A stretch of DNA of 64,000 nucleotides from Macrostomum lignano (lineage: Eukaryota): positions 248,001 to 312,000 of the forward strand of contig NIVC01000127.1 of assembly GCA_002269645.1 (NCBI GenBank). The letters run 5' to 3'. Made by a program: the position numbers and the translations under genes. A model generated the notes under the pieces. It saw only the letters and a list, made by a program, of their open reading frames with translations, was not told where the DNA came from and made no database searches. Shown here piece after piece: positions 46,486-59,794 of this stretch; position 1 is the first letter of the stretch, and each line of letters opens with the position of its first letter.

Positions 46486-47490
46486 TCAGTAGTAAGGAAC
46501 GGTGTTTGGCACCACAACAACCGGCACACTGCTGTGGTGCACCACGTAGGCTGACACGCTGCCCAGCACCGTGCGCCGCACAGTGCCGAGTCCACGGCTA
46601 CCCATCACTAGGAGGTCCGCGCCTCGATCCTCGGCCAGCTTAACAATGGCCGGGCCGGGACCGCCGCAGTATTCGCACAGCCAGCGAGCGTCGGTCAGGT
46701 TGTACGGCAGGCACCAGTCGGATGTCACTTTGCGCTCCAGCTGGCGCGCTGAGGCCACTATTGAATGCCAGACCTGAGTGTGTCAGATGTGCGATTGGCA
46801 TGCGCGCTTTTGGTGGACTGCGTGTGCTTATAGGCTCACCAAGGATGAGGTGCTGTTGCAGACAGACCATGTGAACCAGCGGCCCTACTATGACCCCTAT
46901 GACCCGAAGACCCATGGATCTGAAGACTCAATAACCCTATGACCCTGTGATCTGACCACCCTGTGATTGACCCAGCGGCCCAATGACTCTGTGAACCAGT
47001 GGCCTTAATGACCTAAGAGTAAGACCCAATGACCCTGTGACTGTGACCTATGACCCTGTAACCCCATTACCCTGTGATCCAATGACCCTGTGACCCCATG
47101 ACTCTGATCTAATTACCAGCTGTGACCCAACCCAATGCCCTATGACCTAACGGCTGTAACCTAGTGTTTGGCCTACTAGCCACTAGCCAGCACTCATCGA
47201 TTAAATATATCATATCATATCATATCATATCAATACTCATAGATCGACCTGTCCCCCTCCCCACTCACCTGACTCGGGTCACTCCACAAGCCCGAAGGTG
47301 GCGCTTCGACGTGCAGAAAAGTCACGTGATCGCCCCGTCGATACAGCCGCCGCATGAAGTAGTCGAACGCCCGCTTAGATTGCTCGCCGCCGTCCACAGC
47401 GATGGCGACAACTCGAGATGAGCTGTTGTCGAATTTCTGTTTCTCGCTAACAGCTGTGATTTGCTGTTGCTGCTCGGGCTCCGCCTCCAT
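46486..47490 (-). CDS. Universal stress protein (UspA domain), 169 aa
   Basis: complement(join(46486..46773,47269..47490)). [76 protein letters not shown]; the G-x2-G-x9-G(S/T) ATP-binding motif is intact. Confidence 0.93.
46880..47160. repeat. Degenerate short tandem repeat in the USP intron
   Basis: Repeated tgaccc(t/a)(a/g) motifs. Confidence 0.7.
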
Positions 47491-48424
47491 GTTCTCGGGT
47501 GCTTTGGAACTTAACTTAGACTTAGGAATTTAACTATTTTGTTATTGCAGTCAAACTAAGATTGTTTGTCACACCAACCAAGGGCCAGCCAGACAGAACT
47601 GGCCTGCGCTTCTCTATTTAGTTGATTCTAGGGCGTGCATCTTGCTTTGTCTCTTGTGCGTGGGGTGCCGGCTTTCTTATCTCTCTGCCGACGCCTGCCC
47701 TTTCTAAGTGCGCTTAGAATGTACATTGTCCCGGGTAGTGTACATTCTTTTATTATTAGACTTCGACTTTTGCCCCCAACCCCATTTTTATCGGTTTGGC
47801 TGGACGGAAAACAGACCTAGATTAAGTAATTGTTTTTTGCCTTTCTTTTATTAATATATTTGTACTTTTTGACAGAATATATCGATCATCTTTGATTCTT
47901 TGACGTTTGTTATAAAATCACGCAATTTTAGCTGATTATACATTAACTTCCTTTGGTAAATATTAGGACTGCAAATGCAACAAGAGTAATATAGCTCGTA
48001 AATAAACGAAGCATAAAAATCGTGTTAAAACGCGTTCCTAATTTTGTTTAACGCTTCGCTTATAAATAAATCGCTTTTAAATTGTTCAGGGAACATTTCA
48101 AAGGTGTCTTTGTTTTACCTTTAAAAGTAGAAATACTTTATTTTGATGCATTTTATAGAATATTAACCACACTTTCAAGCGCAGTATCCTGAGGAAGATA
48201 GTAATTGGTTAGTGCCATAAGAGATTAAAACACTGATTTTTTGTATTTAGGATTCTCAAGGAGGTAAATTACATGCACGAGACATGCTGAGCAAAGCTAA
48301 TTGGTTAAACAGAAAGTGGCAGAGAGTTACAGAGCGGCTCAGATTGGTGCAGAATCTAATTTTCGTATTCTCAATGTGTGCATGCCAAAGCTTGAATTCA
48401 CTGCAGTTGCAGCTGTCACTAGTC

Positions 48425-51137
48425 CTACATCAGTGTCGACTGGGTCGCTGCAAAGTGACTGTAGGCTGCGAATCCGGCAGCAGCAGCAGTGATGCAGCCG
48501 CCGCTGCCACCGACGCTGCCGTCGTTCCCGTTGACGCTGCCTTGATAGCCCGCAGCAGGGCCGCCGTAGCCGTAGCCGTAGCCGTAACCATAGCCGTAGC
48601 TATAACCGTAGCCTGCCTGCGCCTGGGTCCGATCCCAGCTGCCAAGCTGATGCTGCTGATGTTGCAGCGCCTGCTGCTGCGGCTGCTGCTGTTCCGCTGG
48701 CTGATAGAAACGAGGCAGCTGCTCCTCAGCCTTCGACTGCTCAGCAACCGCGGCCTCGGCTTGAGCAGGCGAATCAATACCAACCGCCTTGGGCGCTGCC
48801 ATCTGCCGCAGCGCCTTCTCCGTTCGTTTCCGCTCCACGATCAGCGCGCAGCCGTCGCATCTGCAGGCCAGGAACGGGCAGCGCCGCTTATGACCGCGCC
48901 ACTCCACTGACAGGCCGTGGTTGCGGCACTTGCGGCAGTGCGCGGTCAACGGCGAGGCTGCTGCTGCTGCTGCTGACGACTCGGTCGCAGCATTGGGGTT
49001 CGGCGACGCCGAGGTCGGCGGCTGAAGGTCCGGCAGCGCGCCGCGCTGGTCCCTGTACATGGCAATCTGCCTGGCGACCACCCGGCGACTTCGATCGACC
49101 ATTCGGCAGGCCTGGCAGCCGCAGGTCAGGTAGGGGCACAGCTTCTTGTGCCGCCGCACCGGGGCTTTGAGGCCGTGGGCTCGGCACTTGCGGCACAGGT
49201 AATCGGACCGAATGCTGCCCCCGCCGCTGCTGGCTGCGTGTTGGATGGCCTCGGTCGAGCTGAAATGGGTCGAGTTGGAGATTCACTGCAGGTTGATACA
49301 GATGAAGATGCTGCAACGTTAGTTGTTTCTTTCAGTAACTTGTCTGTCCCGCAAATCCACTCAATCTCACATTGATCCATGATCGCACCCTGAGATTCCC
49401 CACTTCACGCACCTACACGCCATCTCAATCCTTTAAGACTCCAAGTAACACGTCAAGCGATCCCCAATCCTAACCTAATAAGACATCCACAGCCTCACTC
49501 CAAGTCTCCAAGATATCTCAAAACACAACTGAAGAGATCCGAACTCTCGCTCCAAGATCCAATACTGAAGGTCCCAATCTCACCCAAGAGATCCTGATCT
49601 CACCCAAGAGATCCTGATCTCACCCAAGAGATCCTGATCTCACCCAAGAGATCCTGATCTCACCCAAGAGATCCTGATCTCACCCAAGAGATCCTGATCT
49701 CACCCAAGAGATCCTGATCTCACCCAAGAGATCCTGATCTCACCCAAGAGATCCTGATCTCACCCAAGAGATCCTGATCTCACCCAAGAGATCCCAATCT
49801 CACCCAAGAGATCCTGATCTCACCCAAGAGATCCTGATCTCACCCAAGAGATCCTGATCTCACCCAAGAGATCCTGATCTCACCCAAGAGATCCTGATCT
49901 CACCCAAGAGATCCTGATCTCACCCAAGAGATCCTGATCTCACCCAAGAGATCCCAATCTCACCCAAGAGATCCTGATCTCACCCAAGAGATCCTGATCT
50001 CACCCAAGAGATCCTGATCTCACCCAAGAGATCCTGATCTCACCCAAGAGATCCCAATCTCATCCAAGAGATCCTGATCTCACCCAAGAGATCCCAATCT
50101 CACCCAAGAGATCCTGATTTCAGCCAAGAGATCCCAATCTCACCCAAGAGATCCTGATCTCACCCAAGAGATCCCAATCTCACCCAAGAGATCCTGATCT
50201 CACCCAAGAGATCCCAATCTCACCCAAGAGATCCCAATCTCACCCAAGAGATCCCAATCTCACCCAAGAGATCCCAATCTCACCCAAGAGATCCTGATTT
50301 CAGCCAAGAGATCCCAATCTCACCCAAGAGATCCCAATCTCACCCAAGAGATCCCAATCTCACCCAAGAGATCCTGATCTCACCCAAGAGATCCTGATCT
50401 CACCCAACAGATCTCAATCCCACTCAAGAGATCCCAATCTCACCCCAACAGATCTCAATCTCACCCCAGCAGATCTCAATCTCACCCCAGCCGATCCCTA
50501 TCTCACCCAAAGAGATCCCCAATTTCACCCAAAGAGATCCACAATCTCACCAAAGAGATCCCGATCTCACTTCAAAAATTCCAATGACGCACAAATAGAT
50601 CCCAATCTCACCCCAAAAGATCCCGATCTCACCCAACAGATCTCAATCTCACCCCAGCCGATCCCTATCTCACCCAAAGAGATCCCCAATTTCACCCAAA
50701 GAGATCCACAATCTCACCGAAGAGATCCCGATCTCACTTCAAAAATTCCAATGACGCACAAATAGATCCCAATCTCACCCCAAAAGATCCCGATCTCACC
50801 CAACAGATCCCAATCTCACTGTAGAGGAGACCTATCACACTTGAAGATATCTTTAATCTCATGCTTTTAGATCCCAATGTCACCCGAAGGGCTAAAAGAT
50901 TCATTTTCTCATCTCTAAGAGCTGGAATCTCACCCACCTAAGACCCATATCTCAAAATCCACTCGTGCATTGAATTACAATAAATGAAAATAATAAATGT
51001 ATAAAAGCTACTCACTGCACTTCATTTGGTGTTGATGGCGAAGCTTCAGACTTGACAGTGAACAATTCCAAGCTGAACTGCTGCGGATGCTGGCACTGCT
51101 GATGCTGCTGATGCTGGAAGCTGGACTGTTGGTACAT
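48425..51137 (-). CDS. DMRT: Doublesex/MAB-3-related (Dmrt) transcription factor with two DM domains, 318 aa
   Basis: complement(join(48425..49259,51016..51137)), phase-2 junction. DM1 CRKCRAHGLKAPVRRHKKLCPYLTCGCQAC; DM2 CRKCRNHGLSVEWRGHKRRCPFLACRCDGC; Q-rich and (GY)n C-terminal region. Confidence 0.92.
49575..50820. repeat. 20-bp minisatellite in the Dmrt intron
   Basis: Unit gatctcacccaagagatcct, degenerating towards 50820. Confidence 0.95.
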
Positions 51138-51189
51138 TTTCGTCTGTCTGTTGAAATTGAAACAGTATCCAATATTGTTACTGTAATAT

Positions 51190-51320
51190 CGAACTTATAT
51201 ATATATAGCTTTTTAAATTTATGATAGCATTTCGGAGGATTTTCTTTCCCTCTCCACAGTCGATTGGGTCCGGACGAATCCTATTGGTTGGCGCCCCACC
51301 CCAACCTCCGCCCGCTCCCG
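51190..51320 (-). promoter_or_regulatory. Probable Dmrt core promoter
   Basis: On the minus strand: (TA)n TATA-like tract near 51196-51207, two CCAAT-like boxes (plus strand gattgg near 51260 and tattgg near 51282) and a GC box (ctccgccc near 51306). Confidence 0.45.
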
Positions 51321-51379
51321 CTCGAATCAATCCATGGATCCATAGGGGGAGCGCACTATGGAAACATCCCAATCATCCC

Positions 51380-52640
51380 AATCTCACCTTGATAGATCCA
51401 CAATCTCACCCCAAAATATCTAAAATCTAACCCTAAGAATCCACAATCTCGCTCCAAGAGATCCACAATCACACCTTGATAGATCCACAATCTCTCTCCA
51501 AGAGATATAAAATCTCACCTGAGAGATTCACAGTCTCAACCTAAGAAACCGCAATGTCACTCTTAAAAGATCCACAACCTCACCCAAAGAGATCCACAAT
51601 CTCACTCCAAGAGATCCAACATCTCACCCAAAGAGAACTACGACAATTGACCGCCCCAGTTTAACCGCCCAAATTTTGCGGCCGACAATTTCACCGAAAA
51701 ATCTACTTACTTATTTTGCCAGTAAATTTCATTTATATTCCTTCACATTTAAACCACTAGCTACCTCTTGCAGCATGGTTCATTGCATTTTGCTGTAGCC
51801 CCTAAGCCACTTCAACATTGAAAACTTTACAGTCTATTTTTAATTTGTACAGTCTGTACTATTAGACTGTACTATTTGTAGAGTCTGCAGTATAACTCTA
51901 AAGGATGGGATCTAAGGGATTTTTTACCAGAATATTTTCTGTTAGAACAGATCTTCCTCAAAAACCCTTCCTTAGAGTAATGTATAGTCAGTATGCATTT
52001 GTATAAACTATCTGGAAATTTCACCTCCTTAAAAAGTCTCAAATAAGATAATAAGAGGTAGCATATTCACAGTTTTAAGAATAGCCACCCTTGCTGCAGA
52101 AAATAGGGTGATCAAATTGTTGGTCCCAAATATCCGGGTGAAATTGTGGCGGTCAATTGTCGGTTTCCCCCATTCAGATCTACAATCTCACCCAAAGAGA
52201 TCTACAATCTCACCCAAAGAGATCTACAATCTCACTCAAAGAGATCCACAATCTCACCCAAAGAGATCCATAATCTCACCCAAAGAGATACACAATCTCA
52301 GCCAAAAATATCCACAATCTCACCCAAAAAGATCCACAATCTCACCCAAAGAGATCCACAATCTCACCCAAAGAGATCCACAATCTCACCCAAAGAGATC
52401 TACAATCTCACCCAAAAAGATACACAATCTCACCCAAAGAGATCCACAATCTCACCCAAAGAGCTCCACAATCTCACCCAAAGAGATCCACAATCTCAAC
52501 CAAAGAGATCCACAATCTCACCCAAAGAGATCCACAATCTCACCCAAAGAGATCCACAATCTCAACCAAAGAGATCCACAATCTCACCCAAAGAGATCTA
52601 CAATCTCACCCCAAGAGATCTAAAATCCCTCTGCAAGAGA
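51380..52640. repeat. 22-bp minisatellite related to the Dmrt-intron repeat, interrupted by a MITE
   Basis: Unit gatccacaatctcacccaaaga, sharing the core atctcaccca(a)agagatc with 49575-50820. Confidence 0.9.
51641..52162. mobile_element. MITE with about 22-bp terminal inverted repeats
   Basis: cgacaattgaccgccccagttt (51641-51662) and aaattgtggcggtcaattgtcg (52141-52162) are inverted repeats; AT-rich non-coding interior. Confidence 0.8.
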
Positions 52641-53282
52641 TCCACCATCTCAACTTGAAAGATCCCTAATCCCACCCGAAAAAGTTCCCAATCTCACTAC
52701 GAGATGCCTCCTGTCTCACCTAAGAGACCTCCAATCTCACAGCAACTCCCGCTGGAATCAGTCTATGGATAGGAGGGCGGTGCGAAGTGAAACAATAGCG
52801 GCTATAGTCAAGTGCCCAGTCATACCCTGGCTTCCAGTCCGAGGGACCACTCCCTAGCACAAAAATATTGGAGCTCCACCTCTCCTCAGTGCCCCATTCA
52901 ATCTGTGCGTTGCGAGAGCCGCCCCAAAATTTGAATAGAGTATCAATCCTGAGGGTGCTGATTGTTAATTGCCGGTGCGCATACGCCTAACCAAGTGTCC
53001 CGCCTCCGCACCTGTGTCTCATTCTGGTCCTCAGCTCCACCCACCTCTTCAGCTCGGAGCTCCGCCTGTGCCGCCTCCGCCTTTGGCCGCTGCGCGTTGT
53101 TCAGCCCTTCAGGCGGTCTCACGCGAGCCGTGTCCCCCGCCCTGCCCCAATTTTCCCTGCCTCTCTCGGGTGCTTTCTAAATATCGTTTGCAAAATCTTG
53201 CTTTTCTCATGACCATTTTAATCCATATCTGCCGTTCTATGCGCTCATTTTCTATGTTTAAAATCAGATGTCTGCTTATTGT

Positions 53283-53392
53283 CCTCTTCCCCTCTTCCCC
53301 TCTTCCCCTCTTCCCCTCTTCCCCTCTTCCCCTCTTCCCCTCTTCCCCTCTTCCCCTCCGCCCTCTTCCCCTCTTCCCCTCTTCCCCTCTTC
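53283..53392. repeat. 8-bp pyrimidine repeat (cccctctt)n
   Basis: Direct reading. Confidence 0.9.
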
Positions 53393-53704
53393 CAATTCTC
53401 CCTCCTTCCTCTCTTGCCTTCTTGCCCTATTCTTACTACGGAATAGTATTCTATTAATTACATGTCTTAGATTTTAATCATTTTGGCCCCATATATATAC
53501 ATTATTTTCAAGGGACACTTCACTGTTTCTTTTTCAACGGCTTCATCAAAATGACTATGTAAATTGAGCTAGCCCCCGCGCACATTCGGTACATTTTAAG
53601 CAGTGGATACACTGCGGCATGCTGTGCTCAAATCACTCCAGCGATTGAACTGGAGTTCCGTTTCCCCGTTGGCTCGGTGAACCAGCCGTACGTTTCCTCG
53701 TAAT

Positions 53705-54372
53705 TATTGGTTGCTGCATTGGTTGCCGATTCAAGTATTGGTTGTCGATTCAAGTATTGGTTGCCGATTCAAGTATTGGTTGCCGATTCAAGTATTGGTT
53801 GCCGATTCAAGTATTGGTTGCCGATTCAAGTATTGGTTGCCGATTCAAGTATTGGTTGCCGATTCAAGTATTGGTTGCCGATTCAAGTATTGGTTGCCGA
53901 TTCAAGTATTGGTTGCCGATTCAAGTATTGGTTGCCGATTCAAGTATTGGTTGCCGATTCAAGTATTGGTTGCCGATTCAAGTATTGGTTGCCGATTCAA
54001 GTATTGGTTGCCGATTCAAGTATTGGTTGCCGATTCAAGTATTGGTTGCCGATTCAAGTATTGGTTGCCGATTCAAGTATTGGTTGCCGATTCAAGTATT
54101 GGTTGCCGATTCAAGTATTGGTTGCCGATTCAAGTATTGGTTGCCGATTCAAGTATTGGTTGCCGATTCAAGTATTGGTTGCCGATTCAAGTATTGGTTG
54201 CCGATTCAAGTATTGGTTGCCGATTCAAGTATTGGTTGCCGATTCAAGTATTGGTTGCCGATTCAAGTATTGGTTGCCGATTCAAGTATTGGTTGCCGAT
54301 TCAAGTATTGGTTGCCGATTCAAGTATTGGTTGCCGATTCAAGTATTGGTTGCCGATTCAAGTATTGGTTGT
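53705..54372. repeat. Near-perfect 19-bp minisatellite
   Basis: Unit tattggttgccgattcaag, about 35 copies. Confidence 0.97.
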
Positions 54373-54584
54373 CACCTTCAACTGCCAAGCTGGCGGGCTG
54401 GGCTGTATTCAAATTCATTTCATAATCTAACACTTTCTGAATGACAACTTTCAACAATGGTTTTAATGGACTTGATCATTTTCTAATTTGGTATTTTCAA
54501 GATCATGTACGTTATGAATTACATTATAAATTGAGTACTGTCTCAATTTAGATAATTTCCTGTCTACTGTCTCAATCTGTTACT

Positions 54585-55570
54585 TTTATAATCAGGTCCT
54601 TTCTTAATCAGATACTTTCTTGATCAGGTACTTTCTTAATCAGGTACTTTCTTAATCAGGTACTTTATTGATCAGGTGCTTTCTTAATCAGATACTTTCT
54701 TGATCAGGTGCTTTCTTAATCAGGTACTTTCTTAATCAGGTACTTTCTTAATCAGGCATTTTCTCAATCAGGTACTTTCTTAATCAGGTACTTTATTGAT
54801 CAGGTGCTTTCTTAATCAGATACTTTCTTGATCAGGTCCTTTCTTAATCAGATACTTTCTTAATCAGGTACTTTCTTAGTCAGGTACTTTCTTAATCAGG
54901 TACTTTCTTAGTCAGGTACTTTCTTAATCAGGTACTTTCTTAATCAGGTACTTTCTTGATCAGGTACTTTCTTGATCAGGTACTTTCTTAATCAGGTACT
55001 TTCTTAATCAGGTACTTTCTTAATCAGATACTTTCTTAATCAGGTACTTTCTTAATCAGGTACTTTCTTAATCAGGTACTTTCTTAATCAGGTACTTTAT
55101 TGATCAGGTGCTTTCTTAATCAGATACTTTCTTAATCAGGTACTTTCTTAGTCAGGTACTTTCTTAATCAGGTACTTTCTTAGTCAGGTACTTTCTTAAT
55201 CAGGTACTTTCTTAGTCAGGTACTTTCTTAATCAGGTACTTTCTTAATCAGGTACTTTCTTGATCAGGTACTTTCTTGATCAGGTACTTTCTTAATCAGG
55301 TACTTTCTTAATCAGGTACTTTCTTAATCAGATACTTTCTTAATCAGGTACTTTCTTAATCAGGTACTTTCTTAATCAGGTACTTTCTTAATCAGGTACT
55401 TTATTGATCAGGTGCTTTCTTAATCAGATACTTTCTTAATCAGGTACTTTCTTAGTCAGGTACTTTCTTAATCAGGTACTTTCTTAGTCAGGTACTTTCT
55501 TAATCAGGTACTTTCTTAATCAGGTACTTTCTTGATCAGGTACTTTCTTGATCAGGTATTTTCTTAGTCG
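54585..55570. repeat. 16-bp minisatellite
   Basis: Unit taatcaggtactttct with recurring variants. Confidence 0.95.
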
Positions 55571-55619
55571 CTTACCATACAGAATACTTGCTAAATTCAG
55601 TTCGAGTTTCTCAGCCGAG

Positions 55620-55880
55620 AATCCAACACGTCTTGATCCCTGCCACTGCCATTTGCCTCAGTTGCCATCCACAATCGAACTCACAAACGCCGACTGTCGA
55701 GTGCAATCGGGATGCGGTAGTTCACCTGACAAATGACCCAACCTGAGCTTTTTCCCCTCAAAAGTCTGGCAGCTCATGAATACATAATGATGCCTGGCAT
55801 GCGCTACCATCATCTTCTTGACGGCTATCGCCAACAATGATCTCTCGGTTCTGAGAGGCGCGGACAGGTAATATTGTATG
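55620..55880 (-). mobile_element. Possible highly degraded RTE-like LINE remnant
   Basis: RSLLAIAVKK...KKLRLGHL...SIVDGN*GK..GSRR loosely resembles the RTE ORF C-terminus. Confidence 0.3.
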
Positions 55881-56359
55881 TCATCAATTAAAATCAAAAT
55901 ATATACAAACCCGCCTCTGCCGGGCTCCATCACCCCTAGGGGTAGGCGAGTTCGATGCTCGGTTGGCAACAAGAACTCGAAGCCTCCAGGTGAAAACCTA
56001 TGGCTAATGTCTATTTTTTTCTCTCGATGGGTATCGCCTTGATTTTTCCCGCGCGCGCGCGCTTGTCAAGTGGGGTCGAGTCGGGGCGTCGGTGGGTTCT
56101 ACATTTTTCATCCAACGATTCATCTTTCATAAATTCGAGCGAGATGTCTGCTAACCCCCCCCCCCCCGCTCGTCCCGCCCCCTTGCCGCCCCGCCTCAAT
56201 TATCTCAGCTCTGCATCAATAATGTTGCTGTTTGGAGTGGCAGAGTTTACCCAAATTTTTTATTCTCTGCAGAATTCTGTCTGCATGATTTCTTATAGAC
56301 ATAACAGGACTGTTTTGTCTTTAGTTTCACTCATTCAATTCACATTGGGTTTCTCCCTG

Positions 56360-56670
56360 TATTTCTCATTTTATTCCCCATTCTATTTCCCATTCTATTC
56401 CTTATTCTATTCCTTATTCTATTCCTTATTCTATTTCTCATTCTATTCCTTATTCTAATTCTCATTCTATTTCTCATTCTATTTCTCATTCTATTCCTTA
56501 TTCTAATTCTCATTCTATTTCTCATTCTATTTCCCATTCTATTCCTTATTCTATTTCTCATTCTATTTCCCATTCTATTCCTTATTCTATTTCTCATTCT
56601 ATTTCCCATTCTATTCCTTATTCTATTCCTCATTCTATTTCTCATTCTACTTCCTCTTTTATTTCCCATT
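56360..56670. repeat. 12-bp tandem repeat
   Basis: Units ttctattcctta / ttctatttctca. Confidence 0.9.
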
Positions 56671-57129
56671 CAATGCGCCACACGGATATCAGATTCCAGC
56701 TACTTTTTTGTCGCACAGCCTCCGTTATTGTTCGCCCCAGCATCCTCATTCAGTTCATATTCTCGAAGGCGGGCGCGACCAGCCAATATAAGATCAGCTT
56801 CGTGCGTGCAGATCGAGGCGCCTCGTGCCCACCTGCACAGCACTGGACCGCAGCTTTGGTGCCAGTTTAGGCTTCATTACGGCTGCGTGCGCTCCAACCC
56901 GCCGGTCTGGAACGCCTTCCCATCCGTGCCCCTGACTGCTCTTGGTCACGGCTGGCTGGCTCGATCAGCCTCGCCAATTGATGTCCATAGGAAGTATTTA
57001 TAGCCAGTGTAGTCTAACTTCTCTTCCTTCAGGCGGTGTTCGACTGTCTTGCTGTTGCACCTTGGGTATCAGGTTGCATGCTGAGTGCCTGACCAGGCTC
57101 TGCGTCAGAAAGTCTGATTTTCTTATTTT

Positions 57130-58134
<1,005 letters not shown>

Positions 58135-58625
58135 AAGCAACAGTGACAAGTCTGTCGCTGCTAAGCAGTGCTGTGGAGCCAGACAATGTGCACTGTAACT
58201 GCCTGCCAGTCATATGACAGTTAGGCTTGACCTCAACTCAACACGCAGGAATCGCGAGTGATTGACAAGTATAGCGGGACAGCTCGAGTTTTAATTATTT
58301 CGAGGGACATGTACCTGAGGAACAGCAGAGTTTATTTCACGCGGCATCCCGCAGCGACAGATGAAGTTATTGAATACTTAATTGATATTACAACAACAGC
58401 AATTGGCGCTGGTCCCTATCATAAATACACCACAAGCTGCATAAGCGTGTGATGGATTTGACAAAAGCTCAGTCTCTGGGACACTCGCTGTCTATGTCTT
58501 GAAGCTGCGAACTTCTTTATAAAGAATTTACTATGCTACATATGAGTATGGCACTGTGTTAAATAAAACTTAGAAATTTATTGCATAGTATAGTAGGATA
58601 ATCATACGCAAAAAGAATCTCTATC

Positions 58626-59794
58626 ATGTCCAGTGAACATGCGGATGCCGAAGGCGGCTCTAACACCGCGGCCCGCCAGCAGCCGCAGCACCTGGTGTTC
58701 GTGTACGGCACCCTGAAGTCCGGCCAGCCTAATAACGCACGCCTGCTTGAGTACATGGACTCGGATATTAGTGTCGTTGGCAAGGCCGTCACCAGGTACC
58801 CATATCCGCTGGTGCTGGCCACTGACTACAATGTGCCCTTCCTGATTAACGAGATCTGCTACACGGCCAAGGTATTTTTACGGTTTGATGGACAGGTAGC
58901 CATGCAGATAGGTAGATAGGTTGATAGATTGATACATTCGATTGATAGTGGGGCGGAGCAGCGGTGAACGCGTCTGACTCTCGCCTAACGACCCCTGGTT
59001 CGATTCCATGAGGCCCCATGAGGCCAACCCCCATTGCACAGAGAGAGTACGTGTACATGCCTGACGATTGGAAAGTCAGGGCCGATGTACACCCAGTATG
59101 AGCGTGTGCATGAATGCGTGCCTGCGTACTGTATTGGCGCGGCGGTACGAGTTATGCGATTTACAATTAGATTGGTAGATTAAGTAATTGATATTCTTTA
59201 CTTTTGGATTGATTGAGAGATTGATAAGTGTCTGACAAAACCAAATTTAGCATCAATCGATGGCGTTCCGAGTTATCTTTCACTTTGGCTGATGCATACA
59301 ATCTATGTGCGATATTTATTTTACTCTTACTTTCTCGAGTTGGCTACTTTAAGTAGAAGAATGCGATCCGGTTTTTACTATCGAATAATTGCCAGAGAGT
59401 GAGCGGCGAGCTATTCAGCGTCTCCAGCCACGCGTTGGCCTTCCTCGACTACGTCGAGTCCACGCCCACGCTCTACTGCCGCGAGCGCATCGAGGTGGAC
59501 CTTCAGATCGCGACCGCTGCTGATCCGCCAGACGACGTTGCTAGTTCGGCAGAAACCGGCCAGCCGGGCAAACAGCCTTCGGAGCTCATGGACTCGGCGG
59601 CGTCCGTTGAATCCCGCTGGTGCTGGTGCTACTTCCTGGCGCATCATAATCCCAGTCTGGTGGCGCCGCCGTTTTATAGCGAGTACGACAGCGCCAAGAC
59701 CCCGATGAGGCTCAACATCCAGTCGCTGACTCCGCAAGATGAGGAACAGATAAAACGCGTCATCGCCAAGGAGGTGCAGATCATGCCGATGTGA
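58626..59794 (+). CDS. GGACT: Gamma-glutamylaminecyclotransferase (GGACT/AIG2-like family)
   Basis: join(58626..58871,59396..59794). LVFVYGTLKSGQPN, YPLVLATDYNVPFL, RVSGELFSV...FLDYVE (catalytic Glu position), CWCYFL...YSEYDS. Confidence 0.9.
58949..59017 (+). mobile_element. tRNA-derived SINE head or tRNA pseudogene in the GGACT intron
   Basis: A-box-like GGCGGAGCAGCGG, tRNA-Arg-like GCGTCTGACT, B box GGTTCGATTCC (58997-59007); TGGGGC/GCCCCA could form an acceptor stem; no clean cloverleaf. Confidence 0.5.

Noticed and set aside
53705-54372. CRISPR-like array
   Set aside because: Contiguous repeats without unique spacers, no cas genes, eukaryotic context; the same applies to all arrays in the window.
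53707-54444. ORFs open in all three + frames
   Set aside because: The 19-bp unit happens to lack stop codons; there is no start context or unique domain.
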